A stretch of DNA of 64,000 bases. Source: Candidatus Nealsonbacteria bacterium. GTDB lineage: Bacteria; Patescibacteriota; Minisyncoccia; Minisyncoccales; JANBVM01. Numbering within the stretch: position 1 is the stretch's first letter; each line of letters begins with the position of its first letter. The DNA is taken from positions 303,159 to 367,158 of the forward strand of contig CP179887.1 of NCBI GenBank assembly GCA_047456295.1, given 5' to 3'. The translations under genes were made by a program, and so were the position numbers. The notes under the pieces were generated by a model. The model was not told the origin of the DNA and made no database searches. It saw only the letters and a program-made list of their open reading frames with translations. Positions 1 through 9,316 of the stretch are shown piece by piece.

Positions 1-1198
1 TCATCCAGGGCTCTCTGATTTCTTTAATATGACTTGGATCTGGCCAATCACTGGCTGAAAAAATAGGCTTTTCCCTGTTTTTTTTATCAACCATTATATA
101 AATCACGGAAGGGGTTGATATTATTAAATCCAGATTAAACTCTCTTTTCAATCTTTCGCAGATTATTTCAGCATGCAGGGAACCCAAGAAACCGCATTGA
201 AAACCCCTTCCCAGAAACTCCTTTGTTTCCCTGTTAAAGGTTAAGGAAGCATCGTTTAATTTCAATTTATTCAGGGCATCTTTCAAGACTTCAAAATCAT
301 CAGGATTTTCAGGATATATGGAGGCAAAAACCATGGGCTTTGGTTCTTTATACCCGGGAAAAGGTTTAATTTCTCTGGTCTTTGATTGGGTTATTGTTTC
401 TCCCATCTTGACCCTTGTGGTGTCTTTAATGCCTGTAGCTATATAACCTATCTCTCCAGCTTTCAATTCCTCACAGGGTTTTAACTCAGGAGCAAAATAA
501 CCCACTTCCCTTATCTGGGCCTCTATTCCAGCTTGAATCAAATAAATCTTGTCACCAGCTTTCACCCTGCCATCAAACAACCTGACATAAGCGATTACTC
601 CTTTGTAAGAATCGTATTTTGAATCAAATATCAGGGCTTTTAAGGGTTTGTCAGTATCACCTGCAGGTGAAGGAATTTTTTTAATTACTTGTTCCAACAG
701 GTCTTTGGTATTTGTGCCCTGCTTGGCTGAAATAGCAAAAACCTCTTTCTTTGGGATTTCTAATAATTCTGCTATTTCTTTTTTTGTGCCTTCCACATCA
801 GCATGAGCTAAATCAATCTTGTTTACTGCTGAAATAACAATCAGGTTTTCTTTTCTGGCCAAATCCAAATTAGCCAGGGTCTGGGCCTGAATCCCTTTTG
901 TCCCGTCTACCAATAAAATTCCTCCTTCCACAGCTGCCAGGCTCCTGGAAACCTCATAATTAAAATCTACATGGCCCGGGGTATCAATTAAGTTCAAGAT
1001 GTATTTTCCAAACCTCATTCTTACTGGCTGCATTTTAATGGTGATTCCTTTTTCCCTTTCCAAATCCATCATGTCTAAAAACTGAGAACGCATCTTTTCT
1101 TTGGGAATGGTATTTGTCAAATCCAAAAACCTGTCAGCTAAGGTAGATTTTCCATGATCTATGTGGCTAAAAATTATAAAGTTTTTGATATGTGACAT
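1..1198 (-). CDS. lepA: Elongation factor 4 (LepA) GTPase, 5' part only; the gene continues past the left edge
   Basis: Not in the ORF track because it is truncated by the window edge. Reverse-complement translation from ATG at 1198..1196 gives MSHIKNFIIFSHIDHGKSTLADRFLDLTNTIPKEKMRSQFLDMMDLEREKGITIKMQPVRM, then ...NLIDTPGHVDF near 940-1000. The G1 (HIDHGKST) and G3 (DTPGH) motifs sit in the LepA-typical context. Confidence 0.85.
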   Translation of the reverse strand, partial: MSHIKNFIIFSHIDHGKSTLADRFLDLTNTIPKEKMRSQFLDMMDLEREKGITIKMQPVRMRFGKYILNLIDTPGHVDFNYEVSRSLAAVEGGILLVDGTKGIQAQTLANLDLARKENLIVISAVNKIDLAHADVEGTKKEIAELLEIPKKEVFAISAKQGTNTKDLLEQVIKKIPSPAGDTDKPLKALIFDSKYDSYKGVIAYVRLFDGRVKAGDKIYLIQAGIEAQIREVGYFAPELKPCEELKAGEIGYIATGIKDTTRVKMGETITQSKTREIKPFPGYKEPKPMVFASIYPENPDDFEVLKDALNKLKLNDASLTFNRETKEFLGRGFQCGFLGSLHAEIICERLKREFNLDLIISTPSVIYIMVDKKNREKPIFSASDWPDPSHIKEIREPWM

Positions 1199-1199
1199 A

Positions 1200-2864
1200 T
1201 TAATCTCTGCCAGAAAACTTTTTAAAAAACAATGTTCTGACTGTTTTAATTTCAGGTGAATGTAAAAAAAGGGTGGAGGAAAGATAAACCAAAGACCCAA
1301 TTAAACCTATTATTGCTATCTGTCCCAATAACCCTCCCAAGGATTGATTGTCAAAAAAAGGTTTAACAAAAGAGGAAACAGGATAAATTACAATAATCAT
1401 TAAAATAACAGATATTAAAATCTTTGAAAAAGAACTTGATATCTCTCTTAAATTAAAATTACCTATCCTTTTCCTAAAAAAAACAAACATCAGGATGAAT
1501 TGAAGAATAACAGTAATGGAAACTGCCAGGGGCAAACCCAAGACAGAAATATCTGTTATTCCCTGAAGGGAAAATACATCTTTAAAGAATCTCTGGAGCG
1601 TTATCTGCCATCCAGGCCTGACAGAAAGACTTAAGGTTTGGGTGAGAAAGAAACTCAAAACAACATTAATAGCCATTGAAACTACAGCAATTAAGGTGGG
1701 GGTCTTTGTGTCTTTTAAAGAAAAGAATGCCCGAAAAAATAAAGGGATGAAAGAAGAAGCAAAAATGCCAAAACAAAACAAGCCTAGGCTGGCTGCGGTA
1801 AGTCTTGCTGCTGCCGCAGAAAAGAGACCGTGTCTTAAAAAAATCTCAACAATCTGATTTCTCAAGACAAAGATTAAAACACTGATGGGCAATATTAAAT
1901 AAAGAATCTGACGGAAAACAGAAGAAAAATCATTGATAAATCTCTGCTTTTCTTTTTCCGCCCATCTCCTAGATAACATTGGGAAAGAAGCCATGGCAAA
2001 TGAAGCTCCCACAATCCCAATGGGAAAATATTGGATGTTGTTGGCAAAATTAAAAACAGAAATGGAACCTTTAGCCAGGGTTGAAGCAATGGCATTTATC
2101 ACCACCAGGTTTATTTGCATGGCTGATATGCCCAATGTCCGGGGAATCATTAAAAGAAAAACTTTTTTAATCTTTAAGTCTTTAAAATTAAGAATGGGTT
2201 TATAGGAAAAACCGCAAGCCACAGCTGAAGGAATCTGAACACTAAAATGCAGAAAAGCCCCCAGCACCACTCCAAAAGCCACTCCCAAGATTCCCCATTC
2301 AGGGGAAAGGAATAAAATACCAAAGATTATCCCGAGGTTATACAAAACAGGACAGAGACCGTAAATTAAGAATCGGTTGAAATACTGTAAGATTCCAGAA
2401 AAAATAGAACTCAAACCAAAAAAAATGGGACTTAAAAACAATATCCTGGTCAGGGTTATTGTTTTTTGCAGCTGGTCATAATTAAAACCAGGGGCAATGA
2501 ACCTTATCAAAAAAGGAGTGGTTAAAAAAAGAAGGAAACTGACAAAAATTAATAAAACCAAAAAAACATTTAAAAGATTGGATGAAAACTTCCAGGCTTC
2601 TTTTTCATCTCTTGAAAAATATTCAGAGAACAAGGGTAAAAAAGCAACCAACACCCCGCCTAAGATTAAAACATTGTACACAAAGTCAGGGATTTTAAAA
2701 GCAGTAAAATAAATATCCAGTTCAGCTCCAGCTCCAAAATGTTCAGCTAGCAACCAGTCTCTTGCCAATCCCAAAAGCCTGCTGATTAAAGAGGAAACAG
2801 CCAGTATTCCAGCTGCCATACCAACTGTCCTGGTTTGATGGTTTAAAAAACGATTAAGGTCCAT
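1200..2864 (-). CDS. murJ: Lipid II flippase MurJ/MviN
   Basis: 554-aa polytopic membrane ORF. The N-terminal region SSLISRLLGLARDWLLAEHFGAG..LDIYFTAFKIPDF is typical of MurJ/MviN (MOP superfamily). Confidence 0.9.
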   Translation of the reverse strand: MDLNRFLNHQTRTVGMAAGILAVSSLISRLLGLARDWLLAEHFGAGAELDIYFTAFKIPDFVYNVLILGGVLVAFLPLFSEYFSRDEKEAWKFSSNLLNVFLVLLIFVSFLLFLTTPFLIRFIAPGFNYDQLQKTITLTRILFLSPIFFGLSSIFSGILQYFNRFLIYGLCPVLYNLGIIFGILFLSPEWGILGVAFGVVLGAFLHFSVQIPSAVACGFSYKPILNFKDLKIKKVFLLMIPRTLGISAMQINLVVINAIASTLAKGSISVFNFANNIQYFPIGIVGASFAMASFPMLSRRWAEKEKQRFINDFSSVFRQILYLILPISVLIFVLRNQIVEIFLRHGLFSAAAARLTAASLGLFCFGIFASSFIPLFFRAFFSLKDTKTPTLIAVVSMAINVVLSFFLTQTLSLSVRPGWQITLQRFFKDVFSLQGITDISVLGLPLAVSITVILQFILMFVFFRKRIGNFNLREISSSFSKILISVILMIIVIYPVSSFVKPFFDNQSLGGLLGQIAIIGLIGSLVYLSSTLFLHSPEIKTVRTLFFKKFSGRD

Positions 2865-3016
2865 ACTACATTTATATATTAAGGTTTAATCTTAAAGTAA
2901 AAAGCCCTTGGAGAGCTACTTTACCTTAATTAATATATGCATACTATATCTTAAAATCAGTATAAGATAAACGATTCATTTTGTATATCTTTTTTTAAGA
3001 AACACTATTCAAGGGA

Positions 3017-3045
3017 TTGACAAACGATTCTGTAATTGATATTAT
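3017..3045 (+). promoter_or_regulatory. Sigma-70-type promoter of rnpB
   Basis: TTGACA (3017-3022), 17-nt spacer, TATTAT (3040-3045). It lies 5-6 nt upstream of the first base of the RNase P RNA terminal helix. Confidence 0.6.
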
Positions 3046-3050
3046 GAGGT

Positions 3051-3513
3051 GTCCTAGTAAGCTGGGTGGTTACCCTCTCGAGATTAAATATTATCGAGGG
3101 GGAGGAAAGTCCGAACACTCTCTTCCGTACCGTAAAACGGAGATAAAAAGATAGGGGGTAATACCCCCCGGCTGTAAAGCTAGAGGTGCGAGCAGAGACG
3201 CTGAGGTCCGAAAGGGCTGAAGTATCCAGATATTCTGGATAAGCTGCCTTATAAGAAGACGCTGATAAAGCATCTTTAAAGAGGCAGGTGAAACGGCTAA
3301 ATCCTTATCGGGTGCAAGAACAAATTCTTTGACAAGGCCAGGTTAACCAGTATGTACCTTTCAGGTGCTCAATAGGATCCTGCTTGGCAAAGTAAAAGTA
3401 GTTCGCATGAGCTTTGGGGCAACCCAGGGCCCAGACAAATGATCACCTAACCTCTTAGACAAGCTTTTCTTTAACGAGGGTGGACAAAATTCGGCTTATA
3501 GGCTTACTGGGAC
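3051..3513 (+). ncRNA. rnpB: RNase P RNA (bacterial type), ~463 nt
   Basis: Universal motifs are present: GAGGAAAGTCC at 3102-3112 and ACAAAATTCGGCTTATAG at 3484-3501 (the two P4 strands). Terminal helix P1 forms from GTCCTAGTAAGC (3051-3062) pairing with GCTTACTGGGAC (3502-3513). The region has no credible ORF. Confidence 0.9.
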
Positions 3514-3520
3514 ATCAAAA

Positions 3521-3546
3521 GACCCACATACATGGTGGGTTTTTTG
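3521..3546 (+). terminator. Rho-independent terminator after rnpB
   Basis: Hairpin ACCCAC-atacatg-GTGGGT followed by a T6 run. Confidence 0.65.
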
Positions 3547-3584
3547 ATAAAAGAATCTTTTTTAAAAATTCAGATAATAAAAAT

Positions 3585-4028
3585 CTACAGCAGTTTTTTA
3601 ACCTTAGCCTTGCTGTCCAGGGCTTCATTTACCAATAAATCAGCTTCTTTGTTCTTGTTGCGAGAAATAAGTTTGAATTTAACTTTTTTAAAATCCAGTC
3701 TTAGATTCCAGACCACAAGAAACAATGCCTGGATTTTAGAATCTACAATCTTATACTTTCCGTTTAACTGTTTTGTCAGTAATTCTGAGTCAGACCTTAA
3801 TTCAATTTCACTGACCTTGGCAATTTTTTTCCCAAAGAGCTGCTTAAATTTTTTTAAAGCAAAGATTACGGCCTGATATTCAGCTTCATTGTTGGTAAGT
3901 CTGTCACCCAAATACTGAGAATACTTTTTAAAGGATTGGCCTCTTTCATTACAAAAAACAACTCCAGCTGCCCCCGGTCCAGGATTGCCTCTTGACCCTC
4001 CGTCAGTATAGATTATTATTTTTTTCAT
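3585..4028 (-). CDS. rnhA: Ribonuclease HI-family protein
   Basis: 147 aa. IIIYTDGGSRGNPGPGAAGVV, NNEAEYQAVIFAL, DSELLTKQLNGKYK and NKEADLLVNEAL match the RNase H type-1 DEDD layout. Confidence 0.85.
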   Translation of the reverse strand: MKKIIIYTDGGSRGNPGPGAAGVVFCNERGQSFKKYSQYLGDRLTNNEAEYQAVIFALKKFKQLFGKKIAKVSEIELRSDSELLTKQLNGKYKIVDSKIQALFLVVWNLRLDFKKVKFKLISRNKNKEADLLVNEALDSKAKVKKLL

Positions 4029-5161
4029 AGATTTTTAATCAGACAATTCTTAAATTTCTCCAGATTCCTGTTTTTTATCCTGAAGCCAGAAGCCCTGGCA
4101 TGGCCTCCATAAGTCATCACATACTGCCTGCATTTTTCCATTAAAGAAACGCTGTCAATGTCAGAATTCACCCTGACCGTACCCTGGCTCTCTTCTTTTA
4201 ATTTTTTGTAAATAAAGGTGGGTTTTTTAAATTCTCTAGATAAAATAGAAGCTACTGAAGAAATCAAGGGATAATCCCATGTTGAATTTCCTTCAAAAAT
4301 AATTGGTTCTTTGCTTTTTAAAGCCTCTTCCCTGACCTGTTGAGTAATCTCCCTGATTCTCTCTTTTCTTATCTTATTTTTCCCTCTTAATCTCTGGATT
4401 ATTCCATTCAATTCTTCAAAAGAAGAACAGGTTAAAACATTAAAGGCAGCTGGCAAACCCTTTTCCACGTCCCGAACGTTTAATATGGAAATAATCTTTG
4501 AAACCTTTTCCTGTAAATTATAATGTTTTAAAAAATCAGCTTCAAAGAATGCCTTGATTCCCGGTCGCCAGGAATCCTCCAGATATCTCAATCCTTGTTC
4601 AATGAAAACCTTATTTTCATTGATCCTGGGCATCATATCAGCTATGGTGCCCAAAGCCACCAGCTCCAGAAAACTCCTTTTCAAACCTCCTCCCATTTTT
4701 TCTTTTAATAACACCTCTGAAAGCTTGAATAAAAGTCCTACATTAGCAAACTCCTTAAAAGGATATTTATCTCCTTTTTGTTTTGGGTCTACAATAATGT
4801 CAGCTTCTGGCAATTTATCTAAAACCTTATGATGGTCAATGACTATTACTTCAAAACCTATTTTTTTAGCCAGTTTTATCTCTTCAAAGTTTCCGATTCC
4901 GCAATCCAAAGCAATTAAAAGGGCAGGTGAAAATTTCTTCAAATGTTTCAATCCTGTCCTGGTTATCCCGTAACCCTCGATTTCTCTGTCTGGAAAATAA
5001 ACAGCAGAAATTCTGCTGCCCAAACTCTTAATGGTCTCTTTTAAGATGATGACTGAAGTCACCCCGTCCAAATCAGAGTCTCCGTAAAGAATTATTCTCT
5101 CCTTAAGCTTTACTGCCTTTAAAATACGATTGGCTGCTTTTTTTAAATTCTTAATAACCAC
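4025..5161 (-). CDS. DHH/DHHA1 phosphoesterase (short RecJ/NrnA-like)
   Basis: 378 aa. Contains DSDLDGVTS, VIVIDHH (DHH motif) and GGHARASGF (DHHA1 GGH motif). It has a 4-nt overlap with rnhA. Confidence 0.8.
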   Translation of the reverse strand: MVIKNLKKAANRILKAVKLKERIILYGDSDLDGVTSVIILKETIKSLGSRISAVYFPDREIEGYGITRTGLKHLKKFSPALLIALDCGIGNFEEIKLAKKIGFEVIVIDHHKVLDKLPEADIIVDPKQKGDKYPFKEFANVGLLFKLSEVLLKEKMGGGLKRSFLELVALGTIADMMPRINENKVFIEQGLRYLEDSWRPGIKAFFEADFLKHYNLQEKVSKIISILNVRDVEKGLPAAFNVLTCSSFEELNGIIQRLRGKNKIRKERIREITQQVREEALKSKEPIIFEGNSTWDYPLISSVASILSREFKKPTFIYKKLKEESQGTVRVNSDIDSVSLMEKCRQYVMTYGGHARASGFRIKNRNLEKFKNCLIKNL

Positions 5162-5173
5162 AAATCTTTATTA

Positions 5174-6328
5174 CTAATCTTCTAAGGCTTCAATCCCCGG
5201 CAGCTTTTCACCGGCTAAAAACTGCAACATTGCTCCTCCTCCAGTGGAGAGAAAATCGAATTTCTCCATTAAACCAAATGTGGTGATGGCTGAAATTGTC
5301 TCTCCTCCTCCGGCAATCTTAAAAGCAGGGTAAGTTCTCACAATAGCATTGGCAATCTCCTTTGTTCCTTTCTCAAACCTTTTGTCTTCATGCATTCCTA
5401 AGGTGCCGTTCCATAAGATTGTTTTAGCTGTCTTGATTATTTTTTTGAAGATTTTTATACTTTCGGGCCCTATATCAAAAACATCCTCTTCTTTTCTTAA
5501 TGTTCCCACTCCTCCTGTTCTCAAATACCCTTCCTTCAGATTTTTCAAACCTATTACCCCGTCTATGGGCATGTGGATTCTGGGATCTGTCAAATCAATC
5601 TTGTCTATCAGTTTCTCTTCAGTAAAGGCTCTTCCTATCAACTGCCCTTTCTGGATAAGGATCACTTCTCCGATTTTGCTTCCCAAAATCAAGTGGTCAG
5701 CTCTCTTCAAGATGTTTAAGATTGTTTTAATCTTTGTTTTAATCTTAATGCCGCCGATTATAACAACAAAAGGGGTTTTTGGTTTATTCAGAAGGTCAGA
5801 AAAAACCTTTATTTCTTTTTCCAACAAAAATCCGGCAGCCCTGGGTAAATACCTTGGAATGCCGACAATAGAAGCATGTTTTCTGTGACATGAAGGAAAG
5901 GCTTCATTCACAAAGATGTCTCCCAATTCTGAGATTTTTTGGGCAAAACCTTTATCATTTTCCTTTTCCTCCTTGTAAAACCTTAAATTTTCCAATAAAA
6001 CAACCTGTCCTGGCTCCAGTTTTTCTATTTCCCTTCTTACATTGTTCTGGAAATAATCAGTCAAAAGCTTTACTTTTTGATTCAACAAATCTTCTAATTT
6101 TAAAAGAATATTCTTTAAGCTGGTCTTCTTGCCTTTTGATTCCAGATGGCTCATCAAAATTACCTTAGCTTCCTGTTTTATCAAATATTTAATGGTGGGA
6201 AGAGCCATTTTAATTCGGAAATCATCTAAAACCTTGCCTTCCACAGAAACAGGAACATTGAAATCACATCTCACTAAAACATTCTTTCCTTTAAAATTAA
6301 AATCCTGAAGTTTTTTCATAAAAGACAA
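5174..6328 (-). CDS. pgk: Phosphoglycerate kinase
   Basis: 384 aa. KGKNVLVRCDFNVP at the N-terminus and STGGGAMLQFLAGEKLPG at the C-terminus. Confidence 0.95.
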   Translation of the reverse strand: MSFMKKLQDFNFKGKNVLVRCDFNVPVSVEGKVLDDFRIKMALPTIKYLIKQEAKVILMSHLESKGKKTSLKNILLKLEDLLNQKVKLLTDYFQNNVRREIEKLEPGQVVLLENLRFYKEEKENDKGFAQKISELGDIFVNEAFPSCHRKHASIVGIPRYLPRAAGFLLEKEIKVFSDLLNKPKTPFVVIIGGIKIKTKIKTILNILKRADHLILGSKIGEVILIQKGQLIGRAFTEEKLIDKIDLTDPRIHMPIDGVIGLKNLKEGYLRTGGVGTLRKEEDVFDIGPESIKIFKKIIKTAKTILWNGTLGMHEDKRFEKGTKEIANAIVRTYPAFKIAGGGETISAITTFGLMEKFDFLSTGGGAMLQFLAGEKLPGIEALED

Positions 6329-6336
6329 TGAAGGGC

Positions 6337-7971
6337 TTAAGAATTTTTATCTTTCCTGAATGCCCTTTTTAAAGCCTCTTTTAATTCTTTCACGTCAACC
6401 TTTTTCTTGGGCCTTTTTGACTTTATGCTTGGTTTTTTGGTGGGCGAAAAAGAAACAGGTTCCAATTTCTTTACCTCTTCCAGAGAAATAGTCCCTGCTT
6501 TATCTTCTTTTTCTATTTTCTTTAAACAAGGCTTGCAATAAACTGGCCTGATGCCGTCTGGAGGAAATACTACCTTTGTTTTCTTGCCGCACATAGAACA
6601 TGTGGCATCGTATAAAACAGGTTGGGTTCGGGCTTGAATAGCAGGTTGTTTGGCTCTTGAGGCTTTACTCACCAAACCACTCCAACGAGTAATTTTGTCT
6701 TCAACAATATCTCGATGGACACTATATCTTTCTCTTGAAGATTGAATTATCTTTTCCTGGTGGGATTTGTCTGGTTTTTTAAAGGGAAAAAGGGTCTCTG
6801 CTGAAAAAGGCCTTCCTGCTATTCCATCTACCATTAATTTTAAGTAGATATTATATTTACCCAGATTAACCAGATCCCCTGCTGTTAGTTCTGGAGTAAA
6901 TTCCTTTTCCAAAAACTCAGCGTCTTCAGCCCCTACCCGGAAGGTAATTAAGGTACCTATATTTCCGAAAATAGCATCTTTTACCTTGGTGCTTTTTCCG
7001 CTGGGAGTTATCTCTTCCAATTGGGCAATGTATTGGTTGGCCAGGGTTAAAGACAACTTATATTTTCTTGCCTCAGACAAAATACCGGCAAAGGCTTCTG
7101 TGGCAAAATTCTGGAACTCATCAACATACAAGAAGAAATCTCTCCTTTCTTCCTCCGGAATATCAACCCTTGACATGGCAGCTAGCTGCAGCTTCGTTAT
7201 TAAAAGAGCGCCTAAGAGTCTTGAGTTTTCTTCCCCTATCCTCCCTTTTGATAAATTGGCAATTAAAATCTTTCCCTCATCCATCAATTCTTTTATATCA
7301 ATCTTGGATTTCACCTGGCCAATAATGTTTCTAATCAAGGGATTGGAAATCAACTGACCGATTTTATTCTGAATGGCAGCTGTAGCCTCCACCTCATATC
7401 TCTGGGTATAACGAGCAAATTCATTAACCCAAAAGGATTTCACCATCGGGTCTTTTACTTTTTCTATTATCTTTCTTCTATACTCAGGATCAGACAACAT
7501 CCTGTTTACTCCTAACAGGGTTGTATTGGGATACTCCAGAAGAGCTAAAATAGAATTTCCTAAGATATATTCCATTCTGGCTGACCAGACATCAGGCCAT
7601 ATCTTCTTGAATACCTCCATTAAACCTGCAGCAACCAGATGCCTCTTATCTGCCCCTACCCCTTCCATTACGTTAAATGCAAGGGGATAATCCATATCAG
7701 CTGGATTAAAATAAACAACGTCATTAATCCTTTCCTTTGGAATAAAATCCAAAAGCTCTTCGGCAACCTCCCCATGAGGGTCAATAAAGCCTGTTCCCCT
7801 GCCAGCTAGAATGTCCTGAATTGCCATATTCTCCAACATTGCTGTTTTTCCCATTCCGGTCTTTCCAATAATGTAAATATGACGATACCTGTCATCTGTT
7901 TTTATCCCAACCTTCCTTCGTTGTCTTCGAAAGGTTGTTTCAGCAAAAAAAATTATGTTGTTATTCTTCAT
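6337..7971 (-). CDS. Soluble TraD/VirD4/TrwB-like (FtsK-HerA superfamily) P-loop ATPase with C-terminal CxxC-x17-CxxC zinc ribbon
   Basis: 544 aa. Walker A is GKTGMGKT and the Walker B-like motif is FFLYVDEFQNF. No N-terminal TM segment. The C-terminus carries CSMC-(17 aa)-CKPC (nt 6526-6600) plus a Lys-rich tail. Confidence 0.7.
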   Translation of the reverse strand: MKNNNIIFFAETTFRRQRRKVGIKTDDRYRHIYIIGKTGMGKTAMLENMAIQDILAGRGTGFIDPHGEVAEELLDFIPKERINDVVYFNPADMDYPLAFNVMEGVGADKRHLVAAGLMEVFKKIWPDVWSARMEYILGNSILALLEYPNTTLLGVNRMLSDPEYRRKIIEKVKDPMVKSFWVNEFARYTQRYEVEATAAIQNKIGQLISNPLIRNIIGQVKSKIDIKELMDEGKILIANLSKGRIGEENSRLLGALLITKLQLAAMSRVDIPEEERRDFFLYVDEFQNFATEAFAGILSEARKYKLSLTLANQYIAQLEEITPSGKSTKVKDAIFGNIGTLITFRVGAEDAEFLEKEFTPELTAGDLVNLGKYNIYLKLMVDGIAGRPFSAETLFPFKKPDKSHQEKIIQSSRERYSVHRDIVEDKITRWSGLVSKASRAKQPAIQARTQPVLYDATCSMCGKKTKVVFPPDGIRPVYCKPCLKKIEKEDKAGTISLEEVKKLEPVSFSPTKKPSIKSKRPKKKVDVKELKEALKRAFRKDKNS

Positions 7972-7974
7972 AGA

Positions 7975-9315
7975 TTATTCTTTAGGTAGCTCAGGCGGCG
8001 CTTTCTTTTTAGCCTCAATCCTTGAAACTCCAGGCACTGGTGCCACCTGCCAGGATGGGAAATGATAAAGAGAAGCTAATTCTTCTATATTTAGCATAAA
8101 CTTTGACTTGGGCCGCACCAAAGGAAAGAAAGGTGAAAACCTGCTTACATAATTTCTAAATATCTTTCTTTGTCTCAAATACACTCTTCTGGGATGTACA
8201 ATGTTTATAGGGAAAAACCACTCCTTAGGGATTTTAGTCAAGGTTTTACTAAAAGGTATCAAAGCATTAAGGTTGTGCGTATAAAAACTACCAAAAAAAG
8301 TAAAAGCAAGCCTGAGTTTTGCCTTCCGAAAAACATCCCTCTTGCCAAGATAAATGAATCTAATATTTGTTGCAAATGCTGGTTTGGAAATCTTTTCTTC
8401 TACTGCTGCCACTATTTCTCTTTCACCAGGCGTCATTCTCATTTCAGGAGGAATAAGCCGTTCTATCTCCGGTTTCTTTGGTTCTTCGGTTTTACCCTTA
8501 ATTAAGATTTCTGCAGCCTCAAATAGTATTGGTTTTCGCTGTGACCTTTTCTCAACATCTCTTTTAGCTAATTTATCCCTTAATTCCTTACCTTTTTCTA
8601 TCCAATCGCTCTCTATATCGGTTAATGGGGAAGCTCCCATCTGAATCCAAAATTGTTCTCCAGGCCCCATTTCAGCTAATGCCTCCAAAAGCAGTGATAC
8701 TGGATCTACCCTTTTTTCTTCAACCGGTTCCTGTTCTTTTTCAAATTTCTTGTAAGTTAAAATTGGGTAAGCATCTTCTTTCAATAATACATAGTCTGCT
8801 GCCCAGAGGTCCCAATCTTTATTAGGAATGTCCTGAGGAACCTTTTTTGTATAATCATCAACCAGGGTAATTTCAACATCAGGATACTGGCCATAAATGG
8901 CAGCACGGACAGCTTCTACATAGGCCTCGTGAACCCTGATAAAAAAACGGATGTCTCCTCCAACTGAAATAATCTCAAAAGAAAGAGAGGTTTGAACCTG
9001 ACCGTCTATCCATTTTTCCCACCAATTAGGAGGATGATACACAACGCTGTGGATGCTGTTCATTACCTCCTCCATTGCCCTGATTGGTTTTACAATCTCT
9101 TTTGGAATCTTAATTTCAAACAAAAGGGGTTTATATATTGTTATCAACCAATTTTCTACTTTACGCCACAACCAAAGATACAAAAAAGGTTTTATTAAAA
9201 GAAAAGGCAAAACCACCCACCACCAGTTTGTAATAATTTGCCATAGGGGTCCGACAGCCAATTTACTTATTGTCTCAGCTGCTGTTTTATAAAAACTCAA
9301 AGTTTCAGACAACAT
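7975..9315 (-). CDS. Membrane-anchored hypothetical protein, partner of the coupling-protein-like ATPase
   Basis: 446 aa. N-terminal hydrophobic helices (NWWWVVLPFLLIKPFLYLWLW). No domain recognised. Gaps of 1-3 nt to both neighbours imply co-translation. Confidence 0.6.
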   Translation of the reverse strand: MLSETLSFYKTAAETISKLAVGPLWQIITNWWWVVLPFLLIKPFLYLWLWRKVENWLITIYKPLLFEIKIPKEIVKPIRAMEEVMNSIHSVVYHPPNWWEKWIDGQVQTSLSFEIISVGGDIRFFIRVHEAYVEAVRAAIYGQYPDVEITLVDDYTKKVPQDIPNKDWDLWAADYVLLKEDAYPILTYKKFEKEQEPVEEKRVDPVSLLLEALAEMGPGEQFWIQMGASPLTDIESDWIEKGKELRDKLAKRDVEKRSQRKPILFEAAEILIKGKTEEPKKPEIERLIPPEMRMTPGEREIVAAVEEKISKPAFATNIRFIYLGKRDVFRKAKLRLAFTFFGSFYTHNLNALIPFSKTLTKIPKEWFFPINIVHPRRVYLRQRKIFRNYVSRFSPFFPLVRPKSKFMLNIEELASLYHFPSWQVAPVPGVSRIEAKKKAPPELPKE

Positions 9316-9316
9316 T

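Noticed and set aside
1642-2712. Short plus-strand ORFs (66-90 aa) within murJ, and similar antisense or alternate-frame ORFs inside pgk, secA, clpB, the ATPase gene and others.
   Set aside because: All are nested in long, well-supported genes on the opposite strand. None has a recognisable motif or translation signals. They are typical AT-rich-genome shadow ORFs.
3091-3876. ORFs 3091-3273 (-) and 3532-3876 (+).
   Set aside because: The first lies inside the RNase P RNA, so the conserved RNA motifs explain the region. The second is antisense to rnhA and starts in the rnpB terminator.
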